A stretch of 64,000 nt of DNA from an uncultured Solirubrobacteraceae bacterium. Its GTDB lineage: Bacteria; Actinomycetota; Thermoleophilia; Solirubrobacterales; Solirubrobacteraceae. Every line of letters begins with the position of its first letter. Position 1 is the stretch's first letter. The translations under genes were made by a program, and so were the position numbers. Under the pieces are notes generated by a model. It saw nothing but the letters and a program-made list of their open reading frames with translations, was not told the DNA's origin and ran no database searches. Location of the stretch: positions 1 to 64,000 of the forward strand of contig CAZPQW010000008.1 in the NCBI GenBank assembly GCA_964588985.1, given 5' to 3'. Shown here piece after piece: positions 34,817 to 45,689 of the stretch.

Positions 34817-37483
34817 GTGGCTGGACCGGCGTTTAGGCGTGTTTGTTTGGTGGTGCTTGTTGTGGTGCTCTCTGGGTGTGTGGTGTGGGTGTCTGTGGCG
34901 GGTGCTGTGGTGTTGCCGGATGGTCGTGGCTATGAGCTGGTTTCGCCGGTGGCGAAGAATGGTTTGAGCCCGTATGCGGCGGTCCCTTCTACCACCGGTG
35001 GGGCGGTGGATTTTCAGGCGCGTGGGGCGTTTGCCGGCGCGACGTCTGGGGCTCTGAACCTGTATCAGGCGACGCGTACGGCTGGTGGCTGGCAGACAGC
35101 GCCGTTGACGCCGGCCCCGTCTACCCCGTTGGGGGCTTTGGAAGAGCAGGCGCCGGTATGGCTGTCGGCGGACTTGTCTGAGGCGATCTTCACGACCCCT
35201 GAGTCCTATGCTCCTGGCGATCAAGACGGCGGCGCGCTGAGCCTGTACGCAGAGGCTGTGGGTGGCGGGTTGAGCTGGCTATCGCAGGGATCTCAGGGAG
35301 GCACGGAATCGAGCGAGACGACGTTCGATGGAGCCTCACCAGACGGGAACCATGTCGTGTTCAGCAGCCACGCATCGCTGATCCCGCCCGCAACAGGGCT
35401 TGGGAGCGATGCAGCCCCAGAAGCGGAGTACCTCTACGAACGCAACGCTCCTGAAGCCCAAACACACCTGCTCAACGTAAACAATGCCGGGCAGATCATC
35501 GGCAGCCTCGAAACCACGCTTCCCAAAGGATACACACCAGGCCCAACGGCAAACTTTATCGCGGTCGCCCTTATCGAAGGAGAGGGCTTTTTCCCGGGGC
35601 AGTTCATCACGGTAGGCGAAGGTGAAAGCGAACTGACCACACAGATCACCCAGGTCTTCAAGATAAGCAGTACAACAGAGAGCTTGGGAGTGGGAAACAA
35701 CGCTGGATTGCCGATAGCGTATCCTGTGGGTACGCGTGTGGCGCATTTGTCGGAAGGCGCGATTTTGGGTGATGGTGGTGATTTGGCGTCGGGTGTGGCG
35801 CCTGCGAGTGAATATTTGCCGGCGGATGCTGGTAGTGGCTCCACGACCCATGCGGTGTCGAGTGATGGCTCGAAGGTGTTCTTCGAGAGCCCGAACCCCG
35901 CGGTTGGCGAGCCGGTGGGCCTATATGTGCGTATAGGTAATGCCACGACTGTAAAGATTGCTGGAGCGAGCGCTGATGGCACCAGACTCAGCGGGCTCCT
36001 CGAATCGGAGGCGGTCATATTCGGTTCGGCGCGGTTTGAGGGTGCGGCGGCGGACGGGTCGCTGGTGTTCTTCACTTCAGGTGAAGGGCTTGCTGGTGCG
36101 ACGAGTGGTGGGGAGGTGTATGAGTTCAACACGACCGGCCATGAAATCGGAGGGGTCAGCCCGTTGTCCGTCGGTGCCGTATCAGCCGGGCTGGGAGGCG
36201 ACAGAACCCCGGCAAGCACCCTCACCGCCACCGCGGCGGGGCGCAAACCGGGCGTAACCATCAGGGTCGCGAGCACGGCGGGGTTCCATGCCGGGGAAGA
36301 GATCATGTTCGCGCCGTTCGAAACAGAAGGAGAATTCGGAATGAGCTCGGGTGTGACGTCGAGGGTCGCGTCGGTGGACAGTGCGACCGAACTCACTCTC
36401 AGCGAAGGCCTGATCGGGGTAGGGTTCGGTGTTCCGGCTGGTACGGAAGTGCATGGTGTTCATCCGGCGTCTGTGGTTGCGGTCGCGGATGATGGTTCGC
36501 GTGTGTATTTCGTCTCGGATGGTGTGTTGGCGGAAAACACGAACGCTCAGGGTGCGAGCGCGGTCCCGGTGCAGCCGAACCTGTACGTGTTCGATACAGC
36601 GACCCAGGAAACCGCGTTTATCGGGACGTTGGCGTCGAGTGATGTGAGGGATGCGGGGGGTAACCCGTCGGGTTTGGTGGGCGAGCCGGATATCTCTCGG
36701 CCTGCTGTGCCGAGCCCTGACGGTGGTGTTCTGGTGTTCGCGTCTGCGGCTGATTTGACGGGCCAGAACCCGTGGCAGCAATACACCGAGATCTACCGGT
36801 ACTCGGTCGCGGGCAACTCGCTGGTGTGCGTGTCGTGCACCGCCCCGGGAGTGAAGCCCGCGGGGAACGCGTCGTTCGGGGAAACCGCCGGCGGCACTTA
36901 TGATCCGCCGGGCTTGACATCCCCGATGAGCGCAGATGGCGCTCGCGTGTTCTTCCAGACCCCAGACTCGCTTGTCGCGGAAGACACGAACGGGAGTGCT
37001 CCTGTGAGCCCGAAGTTCGGGACCCCAACCTCCACGGATGTGTATGAGTGGGAGGAAGGGCACGTGTCACTGATCTCCAGCGGCTCGGCGTCCACCCCGG
37101 CCGTTTTGATGGGCGCCACGCCCAGCGGAAACGATGCGCTGTTCACAACAACAGCGCAACTGGTACCCAGCGAGACTGACGGGGGCTATGAAAACGTGTT
37201 CGACGCACGCGTCGACGGGGGATTCCCCGCCGCAGCGAAAGCCGGCCCCTCATGCTCCGGCTCGGGGTGCACTGCAGCGTTCGGTCTCGCCCCCACGCTC
37301 CAAGCGCCCGCCAGCGCGTCACTACGCGGCCCCGGGAACACGCCCGCCAAGACAACCCCGAAACCAAAGCCAAAGCACATGGCCTGCGGGAAGCGACACG
37401 TACGACGACACGTGAAAGGCCGAACAGTATGCGCCCGACGAGCCAAGAACACCCAGAAAGCAGGCAGCACACATGCACACTAA
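34817..37483 (+). CDS. Large secreted beta-propeller (TolB/WD40-like) surface protein, copy 1
   Basis: AGGAGG RBS before GTG 34817; signal peptide; LPDGRGYELVSP; repeated S.DG..VFF; basic Cys-containing tail. Confidence 0.85.
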   Translation: MAGPAFRRVCLVVLVVVLSGCVVWVSVAGAVVLPDGRGYELVSPVAKNGLSPYAAVPSTTGGAVDFQARGAFAGATSGALNLYQATRTAGGWQTAPLTPAPSTPLGALEEQAPVWLSADLSEAIFTTPESYAPGDQDGGALSLYAEAVGGGLSWLSQGSQGGTESSETTFDGASPDGNHVVFSSHASLIPPATGLGSDAAPEAEYLYERNAPEAQTHLLNVNNAGQIIGSLETTLPKGYTPGPTANFIAVALIEGEGFFPGQFITVGEGESELTTQITQVFKISSTTESLGVGNNAGLPIAYPVGTRVAHLSEGAILGDGGDLASGVAPASEYLPADAGSGSTTHAVSSDGSKVFFESPNPAVGEPVGLYVRIGNATTVKIAGASADGTRLSGLLESEAVIFGSARFEGAAADGSLVFFTSGEGLAGATSGGEVYEFNTTGHEIGGVSPLSVGAVSAGLGGDRTPASTLTATAAGRKPGVTIRVASTAGFHAGEEIMFAPFETEGEFGMSSGVTSRVASVDSATELTLSEGLIGVGFGVPAGTEVHGVHPASVVAVADDGSRVYFVSDGVLAENTNAQGASAVPVQPNLYVFDTATQETAFIGTLASSDVRDAGGNPSGLVGEPDISRPAVPSPDGGVLVFASAADLTGQNPWQQYTEIYRYSVAGNSLVCVSCTAPGVKPAGNASFGETAGGTYDPPGLTSPMSADGARVFFQTPDSLVAEDTNGSAPVSPKFGTPTSTDVYEWEEGHVSLISSGSASTPAVLMGATPSGNDALFTTTAQLVPSETDGGYENVFDARVDGGFPAAAKAGPSCSGSGCTAAFGLAPTLQAPASASLRGPGNTPAKTTPKPKPKHMACGKRHVRRHVKGRTVCARRAKNTQKAGSTHAH

Positions 37484-37739
37484 GACGAAGGGGAAGCGAA
37501 AGCTTGGGCCGTTGATGGCGAGGCATCGAGGCGTTGTGCAGGAGGCGACCGAGGGCGCCGGGACCAGCAGTGCCGGCGACGACCTTTATTAGAGGTGGTC
37601 TCGATCGAGTCGCGTGTAGCGATCCTTGTGCTCGATGAGCCGTAGGCCTCGCAACTCGGTGAGGCGTTTGTGGTTGAGCTCGGGCTGGAGTGTCGCGTCG
37701 AACTGTGGAGAAGTCCAGCGCGCACGATCCCTGGTAGCG

Positions 37740-38246
37740 AGTGAGCCACCGCACTGACCACGGTCAACGGAGCCCCCGACGTCAATCGCAAAATCGGAGG
37801 GAGGTGGGGCCACTTCGAGCGTCAAGAGCGTTGGTCCTTTTGCGAGCGCCCATTATGGATTCGGGCTGTGGCGGGGTCCCAGCTAGCTTCTCGAGGGTGC
37901 TGGTGAGGACGCTGCCACGGAACTCGTTGCCGTTGTCCGAGAGCATCCGTTCCAAGCGCCAGCCCGCGATCTTCAGTGCCCGTGCAACACGTCCGGCGAG
38001 CGCGATTGGGCTGCCTTGCTTGCAGATCACGAGCTCCGCCCAGGCGCAGGAGGACGCGATGTCGATCGCAATGAGCTGTCAGATCGGCGCCCGGTGCCCT
38101 TCTGTCGTCCGGCGTAGAAGCAGGGTGCTGCGTGGCCTGCGATCAGCGCGGGGCACTTGGCGCGGGTGTTCAGCCCGTGGCGGCGAAGAACCTTCCACGC
38201 CCCCGTTCGGCGAGACGATGATCTCGCCCCACTTCTTCAGGCACAA
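37740..38246 (-). pseudogene. Degraded IS481-family transposase remnant
   Basis: Fragments KWGEIIVSPNG, RRHGLNTRAK and GWRLERMLSDNGNEFRG in different frames; boundaries approximate. Confidence 0.6.
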
Positions 38247-38486
38247 GGATCTACCCCTGGTTTGTTGGAGTCGCGTGTTTAGAGTCCTGGCATCGGCTAG
38301 GAGGCAGAATGCCCGCGAGGTATCCATCAGCAGTGCGTCGTCAGGTCGTTGAGCTTGCTCGTGCGGGGACGCGTGTCGCGCAGCTGGCTGAGACGTTCGG
38401 GATGATGACGGGGTCCCTGTGATGTGAGCCAGGTGCTGTGCGTGTTTGTCATGTCCCGTTGGTGGGATGAGAGGATGGACACGATC

Positions 38487-38765
38487 ATGAAGCGACGTAG
38501 GCACACGCCGGAGCAGGCCGTTCGGAAGATCCGTGAGGGCGAACGACTGTTGAACGAGGGGCAGGATCTCGCCGAGGTGCTGAGGCATCTCGAGATCACC
38601 GAGTCGACGTTCAACCGGTGGCGCGCGCAATACGGCGGGCTGAAGGCCGATGAGGCCAAGCGGCTGAAGACGCTCGATGCCGAGAACCAGCGGCTGAAGA
38701 AGCTCGTGGCTGAGCAGGCGCTGGACATCGACATGCTCAAGGAGCTGGCGGAGGGAAACTTTTGA
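38487..38765 (+). CDS. IS407-group transposase OrfA
   Basis: MKRRRHTPEQAVRKIREG...WRAQYGG....AKRLK.L..EN.RLKKLVAEQALD...LKE. Confidence 0.9.
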   Translation: MKRRRHTPEQAVRKIREGERLLNEGQDLAEVLRHLEITESTFNRWRAQYGGLKADEAKRLKTLDAENQRLKKLVAEQALDIDMLKELAEGNF

Positions 38766-39609
38766 CCCCGGAACGTAGGCGCAGAGCTGTCGGTCGGCTC
38801 GAAGAGCGTTTCGGGGTTTCACAGCGCCGTGCGTGCCGGGTAGCTGGGCAGCATCGCTCGACGCAGCGCAAACCCCCGCCGGCGCCACGTCCGGCGGATG
38901 AGCGGCTCGCTGCCCGGTTGCGGGAGATCGCGGGTGAGCATCCGCGGTGGGGGTGGAAGACCGCCCATGAGACCCTGCTCAGGGAGGGCTGGGCACTGAA
39001 CCGCAAGCGAACACGCCGCATCTGGCGCCAGGAGGGCCTGCGGCGGCCCGTGAAGACACGGAAGCGTCGTCGGCTGCCCAGCGGGCAGAAACAGCGTCTG
39101 CGGGCGAGCAGGCCGAACGATGTACGGGCTGTTGATTTCCAGTTCGATGAGATCTCCGACCGGCGCAGGATCAAGCTGTGCAACATCGTGGATGAGTACA
39201 CCCGCGAGGCGCTCGCGATCCGCGTCGCCCGGTCCTGCACCGCCGACGACGTCGTTGAGGTCCTTGCCGGCCTGGTCGCTGAGCGGGGCGCACCCGCCTT
39301 TCTGCGCTCGGATAACGGCCCGGAGTTCATCGCGTGGCACTGCGGGACTACTGCCGAATGACGCTTATGGCCACAAGCTACATCGAGCCGGGATCGCCGT
39401 GGGAGAACCCGTTCGTTGAGTCCTTCAACGGCCGGCTCCGCGACGAGCTGCTGAACATCGAGGAGTTCGGCTCAATCACCGAGGCCAGGGTCGTGATCGA
39501 GGACTGGCGCCACGAGTACAACACCTACCGGCCCCACTCAGCCCTCGGAGGCCGCTGTCCAAGCGAGTACGCCACAATCACAACAACAAACAATCAAGAA
39601 CACACATAG
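38762..39609 (+). pseudogene. IS407-group OrfB integrase with an extra frameshift near 39335
   Basis: DFQFD, NIVDEYTRE, RSDNGPEF in one frame; YIEPGSPWENPFVESFN in another. Confidence 0.82.
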
Positions 39610-39838
39610 CCACTGGACTCCTCACTGGGGCCCCGTCAATGACCGAGACGACGATCTATAACTGGATCAATCAGGAGAAGATCGATCGTGGCGAGATCGT
39701 CGGGCAGACGACGGACCAGGCGTTGGAACTCGCCGCGGCGAAGCGCCGTATCCGAGAGCTCGAGACAGAGCTCGCGGTCTCGCGGAAGGTCAATGAGATC
39801 TTTCTCGATCAGGATCTCGCCCCAAAAGCCTCTTCCCG

Positions 39839-40702
39839 GTGATCGAGTCTCTGACCGGGCAGGGAATCAACGTCAGACACGCCTGCCGGGTCCTCGGCGT
39901 ATCCGAGTCCGGCTACTACGACTGGAAGGACAGGCCGCCGTCAGCGACGGCGCTCAGGCGCCTATGGCTCGCTGGCGAGATCACGGACGTGCACCGGGCC
40001 TCTGGCGGCATCTACGGCGCTGAACGCGTGACAGCCGAGCTGCGCTACGGCCGCGACATCCTCGTGAGCCACAACGCGGTATCGGACATCATGCGACGTC
40101 TCGGGCTCAAGGGCGTCCCGAATCGTCGGCTCCCGCGAGGGGCGCGGGCAGGCGCGTATCGCTCGCTTGACTTGGTTCGCCGCGACTTCTCGCGGCGTGC
40201 CCCGAACGAGCTATGGATGACCGACATCACCGAGCACCCCACGAGGGAGGGCAAGGTCTACTGCTGTGTCGTGCTCGATGCGTTCTCACGCATGGTCGTC
40301 GGCTGGGCCATCGATAGCACCCAGACGACCGCACTCGTCACGACAGCGCTCGGTATGGCGACCAGCACCCGCAACCCCGACAGCGGCCTGGTGCTGCATA
40401 GCGATCGCGGGGTTCAATTCACCTCTTGGGCCTTCAGCCGCAAGCTCCAAGACGCCGGGCTCGCACCATCGATGGGAGCCGTCGGGGCACCCGGAGACAA
40501 TGCCATGGTCGAGTCGTTCTGGGGACGCATGCAGGTCGAGCTACTCAACCGCAAACGATGGAAGACAAGGATCGAGCTCGCGACTGCGATCCACGACTAC
40601 ATCGAGACCTTCCGCAACACCACAAGACGCCACAGCGCGCTGAACATGCTCACACCAACCGAATACGAGAACCACTACCAATCAACCACCGCTACCGCCT
40701 GA
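39839..40702 (+). CDS. Element B OrfB (DDE integrase)
   Basis: WMTDITEHPTREGK, LDAFSR, HSDRGVQF, DNAMVESFW. Confidence 0.9.
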   Translation: MIESLTGQGINVRHACRVLGVSESGYYDWKDRPPSATALRRLWLAGEITDVHRASGGIYGAERVTAELRYGRDILVSHNAVSDIMRRLGLKGVPNRRLPRGARAGAYRSLDLVRRDFSRRAPNELWMTDITEHPTREGKVYCCVVLDAFSRMVVGWAIDSTQTTALVTTALGMATSTRNPDSGLVLHSDRGVQFTSWAFSRKLQDAGLAPSMGAVGAPGDNAMVESFWGRMQVELLNRKRWKTRIELATAIHDYIETFRNTTRRHSALNMLTPTEYENHYQSTTATA

Positions 40703-40805
40703 CCCCAAACCCACGACTCCGCAAAAATAGGGGTAGTGAGCCAGGCCGGTTTTGACGGGGGCCGTATTCCGTGGATATGTCCGCGGGAGGGGAGAGCCTT
40801 CTGGC

Positions 40806-41108
40806 ATGTCGAGACCGTCGAAGTACCCACCGGAGTTGATCGAGCGCGGGGTTCGTCTGGCGCTTGAGGGCGAGCGGCCGATTGCTCATGTCGCTGATGA
40901 TTTGGGCATCCACCGCGAGACGTTGCGCAAACACGTCAGGCAGGCCGAGGCTGATAGCGGCAAGCGAGGCGACCTGCTCTCGAGCGAGGAGCGGGAGGAG
41001 ATCAAGAAGCTGCGCCGCGAGAACTTCGAGTTGCGCAGGGCGAACGAGATCCTGAAGTCAGCGAGCGTGTTTTTCGCCAAGGAGCTCGACCCAGACCGAA
41101 CGAAGTGA
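40806..41108 (+). CDS. Element C OrfA
   Basis: MSRPSKYPPEL.ER.VR...ELRRANEILKSAS.FFA.ELD. Confidence 0.9.
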   Translation: MSRPSKYPPELIERGVRLALEGERPIAHVADDLGIHRETLRKHVRQAEADSGKRGDLLSSEEREEIKKLRRENFELRRANEILKSASVFFAKELDPDRTK

Positions 41109-41701
41109 GCGCCTACGTGCAGGAGCACCGGGAGCGCTTCGGGGTCGAGCCGATCTGCAGCACTTTGGGCGTGTCGGCGTCCGCCTTCTACCAGCGCGCC
41201 ACCGGCCAACGATCGGCGAGGGCCGTGGAGGATGAGCGGCTGCTCGCCAGGATTCGTGAGGTGCATGAGGCGAACTACTGCGCCTATGGCTACCGCAGGA
41301 CCTGGAAGGCTCTCACGCGTGCGGGTGAGCGGGCGCCACGGTGTCGGGTGCAGCGGCTGATGCGGGCTCACGGGATCCAGGGAGCGAAGCGTCGAGGCAA
41401 GCCGTGGCGGACCACGACCCCCGATCCTGAAGCTCCCCGGCGGCCGGACTTGGTGAACCGTGATTTCACCGCCTCGGCGCCGAACGAGCTGTGGGTCGCG
41501 GACTTCAGCTATCTGCGTTGCTGGGAGGGGCTGGTGTTCTTCAGCTTCGTGATCGATGTCTACAGCCGCAAGGTCGTGGGCTGGCAGTTCGCCAGGCACA
41601 TGCGCACCACCTTGGTCCTCGACGCGCTACGGATGGCACTCTCGACAAGGCAACGGGTCGAGGAGGTCCGGCTCATTCACCACTCCGACAGGGGGTCGCA
41701 A

Positions 41702-43149
41702 GGCGGGCTCAACTGGTCGTCGCAACACGTTGATCGTGGAGGTGCTGATGGGCAGGCCAGCTGGGTGGATGACGGAGATAACGGGCAGGGCACCGATGAA
41801 GTCGCCTGGGAAGCCATCGCTTCGCCGAGATGTGGAGCGGTTGTTCTGGCGTGAGATCGCCAAGGGCCTGAGCAGTGAGGACGCTGCGTTGTCCGTCGGC
41901 GCCTCTTCGGCGGCAGGCAGCCGATGGTTCAGGGAACGTGGTGGCATGCCAACATTCATGCTTGCCTCGCTCTCGGGTCGCTATCTGTCATTCGAGGAGC
42001 GAGAGGAGATCTCGATTTGCAGGGCTCAGGGCGCCGGGGTTCGGGAGATCGCACAGCGGCTGGGGCGTTCCCCGTCGACGATCTCCAGGGAGCTGCACCG
42101 CAACGCTGCCACTCGCGGCGGGCAGTTCGACTATCGCGCATCGGTCGCGCAGTGGAAGGCGGAGCTGGTGGCACGCCGCCCAAAGACCGCGAAGCTCGCA
42201 GCCAACCCGCGGCTGAGCGAGTACGTGCACGAGCGGCTCTCCGGGGGAGTTCGCCGGCCGGACGGGACCGCGGTGCCGGGCCCAGCTACGGCGCCTTGGA
42301 AGGGCCGCAACAAGCCGATGCGCCAGGACCGCAAGTGGGCCAGAGCGTGGAGCCCGGAACAGATATCCAACCGCTTGAGGATCGACTTCCCCGATGATGA
42401 GGCGATGCGGATATCGCACGAGGCGATCTACCAGGCGCTCTACGTGCAGGGCCGCGGCGCGCTCCGGCGTGAGCTCACCGCGTGCTTGCGCAGCGGCAGG
42501 GCTCTGCGAGTTCCCAGAGCCCGCGTGCGCAGACGTGGCAAGAGCTACGTCACCGAGCAAATCATGATCAGTGAGCGTCCCGCCGAGGCCGAGGACCGCG
42601 CTGTGCCAGGGCACTGGGAGGGCGATCTCATCCTCGGTGCCGACCAGACAGCGATCGGGACGCTCGTCGAGCGCAGCACTCGGTTCACCATGCTGCTTCA
42701 CCTACCACCGATGCCCGGCCACGGCGGCACAAGAGTGAAGAACGGGCCACCGCTCGCCGGACGGGGAGCCGAGGCAGTGCGCGATGCCATCACCGCTCAG
42801 ATCACCACGTTGCCAGAGCAGCTACGCCGCTCCCTCACCTGGGACCAAGGAGCGGAGATGACACAACACGCACAGATCACAATCGACAGCGGGCTGAAGG
42901 TCTATTTCTGTGACCCTCAGAGCCCGTGGCAGCGAGGCACGAACGAGAACACCAACGGCCTGCTCCGCCAATACTTCCCCAAAGGCACCAACCTCGCCAG
43001 ACACACCGCCGAGGAGCTCGAGGCGGTCGCTGCAACGCTCAACAGCAGGCCACGCAAGACACTCGGCTGGCGCACACCCGCCGAAACACTCGACGAGCAT
43101 CTACGATCCCTCCCAACGCAAACCGTTGCGTCCACCAGTTGAATCCGCC
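41702..43149 (+). mobile_element. IS30-family element
   Basis: GGCGGGCTCAACTGGTCGTCGCAAC and GTTGCGTCCACCAGTTGAATCCGCC IRs; duplication CAA. Confidence 0.88.
41748..43142 (+). CDS. IS30-family transposase
   Basis: LSFEEREEI, GRSPSTISREL, WSPEQI, GHWEGDLI, LTWDQG.EM, PWQRGTNENTNGLLRQYFPKG. Confidence 0.93.
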   Translation: MGRPAGWMTEITGRAPMKSPGKPSLRRDVERLFWREIAKGLSSEDAALSVGASSAAGSRWFRERGGMPTFMLASLSGRYLSFEEREEISICRAQGAGVREIAQRLGRSPSTISRELHRNAATRGGQFDYRASVAQWKAELVARRPKTAKLAANPRLSEYVHERLSGGVRRPDGTAVPGPATAPWKGRNKPMRQDRKWARAWSPEQISNRLRIDFPDDEAMRISHEAIYQALYVQGRGALRRELTACLRSGRALRVPRARVRRRGKSYVTEQIMISERPAEAEDRAVPGHWEGDLILGADQTAIGTLVERSTRFTMLLHLPPMPGHGGTRVKNGPPLAGRGAEAVRDAITAQITTLPEQLRRSLTWDQGAEMTQHAQITIDSGLKVYFCDPQSPWQRGTNENTNGLLRQYFPKGTNLARHTAEELEAVAATLNSRPRKTLGWRTPAETLDEHLRSLPTQTVASTS

Positions 43150-43685
43150 CAATATGTGTCGGGGGACTACACGCAGACCCTCGCCGACAACGACGTGCTC
43201 GCGTCAGTCGGGAGCACCGGCGATGCCTACGACAACAGCATGGCTGAGAGCTTCGTCGACAGCTTCAAGACAGAGCTCGTCGCCGACCGCGTCTGGCAAA
43301 CACGAAGCCAGCTCGAGCTCGCGATCGTGGAGTACATCAGCTGGTTCAACGACAGCCGCCTCCACGAAAACCTCGACGACCGGCCACCACGAGAGATCGA
43401 AGAACTCTACGCTGCAAAAGCAGGGACACCCATCACCACATCATGAAAGACAAAAGCTACTAATCCAGTCCCCGTCAAAACCGGTCCGGCTCATAGATCC
43501 CAACCTCTCTTCACTTGGCGATGAAGGAGGCAGCCTGAGCCGAGGCACGGACGGGCACCCCGATCGAAGAGCCCGTCCAACCCTCAATGACCCTCACGGA
43601 CCTGCCCAACCATGTCAGGCGACACGCTGTAGCGGCTGCCCTCGAAGAGGCGACCATCGGCCCTTGCGACCGACCTGCCGCGTGC

Positions 43686-44630
43686 CTATTCTCCGGTCCA
43701 GCCGCCAGCTTCGATGAGTTCTTGGACCTCGAGCTCCTCGCCGTTAGCGTCGATCGCCATCATGTTTTGACCTGCTTTGGAGGGGAGGCCAAGCTTACGG
43801 TCGATTGACGCATCCACCAGACCGCCACCTGAGGTGCCACAACCATTGGCTACGGGGACCGAGAACGAATTGCTCACCAATGTCGTGCCGAGGAGTTGTA
43901 CGGCGCCAGAGCGCTTTACGATGCGTTCGTACGCTTTGCCGTGGATCGGCTTCGCTGGCGGGGGCGGTTCGGTCATGCCGGCCGTCAGTGGAATGACGAG
44001 CGGTGTTGCGGCTGAGCCGATGTAGCAGTTAGCACCCAGGAACGGGCTCATGAGGTGGATCTTTACGCTCAGCGTCAGAGCGGTACCTGTTCGGGCATTC
44101 AGGAGCTTGCAGAGGTCAAATGTCGGCAGCGGATTTGTGCCGCAGGGGGTCAGAAGCCCGAACGCGGTGTCGGTCGCGACCGGCGTCGCCCATTCAACCA
44201 TGGCTGTGACTCCGGTAAGCTGGACATTTCCGATGGTTCCGAGCAGTCCACCGGGCACTGGCTGGGCTGGTCCGTGGATGATCCCATGAGGAGGCGAGAT
44301 CACGCATTCGGTGAAGCCCAGTGGAAAGCAGATCGCGGATACTTCTTCTTCTTCTGTGAGGCCTGCGTCAAAGGTGTCGCCCGGCACCGAGATCGGCACG
44401 CTCGAATGCCCGATCTGCACCACGCCGCCAGTCGTATACGAATGCACGCATTTGCCAGAGATCCCGATCACGCTCGCCTTGGGGCAATTCGCGAAGTCCG
44501 CAGTGGTCCCAGTGATCCCCGGCTCGGTGAAGGCTGGCGCGGCGGCCGCGAAGACCGAGAGCGCGACTAGACCGAGAACGCCTGCCGCGAAAAAGATTCG
44601 GCGTATTCCCCTACCGGCAGAAACAATCAC
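43686..44630 (-). CDS. Secreted Cys-rich hypothetical protein
   Basis: Signal peptide ending APA; FANCP, VKIHL..PFLG.NCYIGS, NSFSVP.ANGCG, LGLPS.AGQN. Confidence 0.8.
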   Translation of the reverse strand: MIVSAGRGIRRIFFAAGVLGLVALSVFAAAAPAFTEPGITGTTADFANCPKASVIGISGKCVHSYTTGGVVQIGHSSVPISVPGDTFDAGLTEEEEVSAICFPLGFTECVISPPHGIIHGPAQPVPGGLLGTIGNVQLTGVTAMVEWATPVATDTAFGLLTPCGTNPLPTFDLCKLLNARTGTALTLSVKIHLMSPFLGANCYIGSAATPLVIPLTAGMTEPPPPAKPIHGKAYERIVKRSGAVQLLGTTLVSNSFSVPVANGCGTSGGGLVDASIDRKLGLPSKAGQNMMAIDANGEELEVQELIEAGGWTGE

Positions 44631-44718
44631 GACACTCGATCTCCCCTCTTAGATTCAAAACCACAGACGCAGGTCGGTGGCGCAGAAGTCCAAATAGCCG
44701 CACAAATCCGGACTCCTT

Positions 44719-44763
44719 ACCCTACGCTCGCCACCAGTCTTATGCAAGTCTAGTTTCTGACTT
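44719..44763 (-). promoter_or_regulatory. Same promoter motif on the minus strand, upstream of 43686..44630
   Basis: Reverse complement AAGTCAGAAACTAGAC-TTGCAT-N17-TAGGGT. Confidence 0.7.
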
Positions 44764-44921
44764 TCGACCCTCTCGTCTATCGCGGCTCGTGGCTTTGCCC
44801 GAACCCCGTCCATGGATCCACCGGGCCGCAGGCGGACGGGGGCGTATTGTCGCCCGCCGCACTTCGCAATATTCGCCAGCGGGTCGTTGCCTTGATCGGT
44901 TCGGCGCGGGTAAAGAAGTCA

Positions 44922-44960
44922 GAAACTACACTTGCGGAGCGCTAGTAGTCAGCGTACAGT
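44922..44960 (+). promoter_or_regulatory. Sigma70-type promoter with GAAACT element
   Basis: GAAACTACAC-TTGCGG-N17-TACAGT. Confidence 0.7.
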
Positions 44961-45065
44961 AGAAGCTACGGTGTCACGTGTAATGGCTCCTTAGGGATGT
45001 CTAGGCTGATGTTTGACGCTACTCCGGGTGGGCGCTTATAAGTCCAATCGTAAAGGAGTAGTTAG

Positions 45066-45689
45066 ATGAGGCGTACAACAACGACGGCAGTGGGGCTGGT
45101 GGCCCTTGTGGTGATGTTGGTGCTCGGCGTGTTCTCCGCCGGGTCAGCGTCAGCGCATTTATTCTTATACACGGGACCCTTACCCTCATTACTCTTAATA
45201 TTAAGCGAGGGTCCGCAGATCTTCAACGTTACACCAGAAGGCTTCCAAATCAATTGTCCGCATTTCTTAGGTCATATTCAGGTCTCTAATGGTGTGATGT
45301 GGGGCTTAACGGCCAAAGTCACCGGTGACTATCCCGGCAAATGCACCGTGACCGGTGGCTCCAAAGGGACGATCTCCCCGGTGGAATACGAAATCAGTGC
45401 TGACGGCACGATCTCTATTCTCAAAACCATTACAATCACGGCCGGGAGTCCGGCCAACTGCAGTCTCTTAGTCGAACCGACCGCAGAAAACCAGAACCTC
45501 TCAAGCCTCTTATTCTTAAAAGATCCCCTCAACTCTGGAGCGATATTAGGGCATGCCGCAGTTGGTGGCATCCACTCGAAAGGCACCAGCGGGGTCTGTT
45601 CTGAAAAGGAAGAAAATAACTACACTAAAGGTAGCTATTTCGGCTTATTCTTAGTGTGGGTGCATGGGGGTACTGTTGCTTGGGAGTAG
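45066..45689 (+). CDS. TTA-rich secreted protein, paralogue 2 (same protein as paralogue 1)
   Basis: Same 207-aa sequence, 14 TTA codons; leader ORF at 45009-45041. Confidence 0.9.
   Translation: MRRTTTTAVGLVALVVMLVLGVFSAGSASAHLFLYTGPLPSLLLILSEGPQIFNVTPEGFQINCPHFLGHIQVSNGVMWGLTAKVTGDYPGKCTVTGGSKGTISPVEYEISADGTISILKTITITAGSPANCSLLVEPTAENQNLSSLLFLKDPLNSGAILGHAAVGGIHSKGTSGVCSEKEENNYTKGSYFGLFLVWVHGGTVAWE

Larger units (their letters stand above)
33865..37491 (+). repeat. ~3.6-kb direct repeat, copy 1 (copy 2 at 44916..48542)
   Basis: Constant offset of 11051 nt; appears identical over most of its length, with differences at both ends. Confidence 0.93.
38406..39638 (+). mobile_element. IS3 family, IS407-group element
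   Basis: TGACGGGG...CCCCGTCA inverted repeats; 4-bp duplication ATGA; GGGAAAC at the orfA/orfB junction. Confidence 0.9.
38309..39842 (+). pseudogene. Element B orfA, split by the IS407-group insertion (38309-38405 + 39639-39842)
   Basis: MPARYPSAVRRQVVELARAGTRVAQLAETFGM|TETTIYNWINQEKIDRGE rejoins across the ATGA duplication. Confidence 0.8.
41105..43446 (+). pseudogene. Element C OrfB interrupted by IS30 (41105-41701 + 43150-43446)
   Basis: HHSDRGSQ|YVSGDY...YDNSMAESF rejoins across the insertion. Confidence 0.85.
40737..43493 (+). mobile_element. IS3-family (IS51-like) element C, inserted in the right IR of element B
   Basis: TGAGCCAGGCCGGTTTTGACGGG and CCCGTCAAAACCGGTCCGGCTCA; duplication TAG (40734-36 and 43494-96). 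Confidence 0.88.
38247..43500 (+). mobile_element. IS3-family element B (outer), interrupted by three nested ISs
   Basis: Termini GGATCTACCCC and GGGGTAG|ATCC; 3-bp target duplication CAA (38244-46 and 43501-03). Confidence 0.85.
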
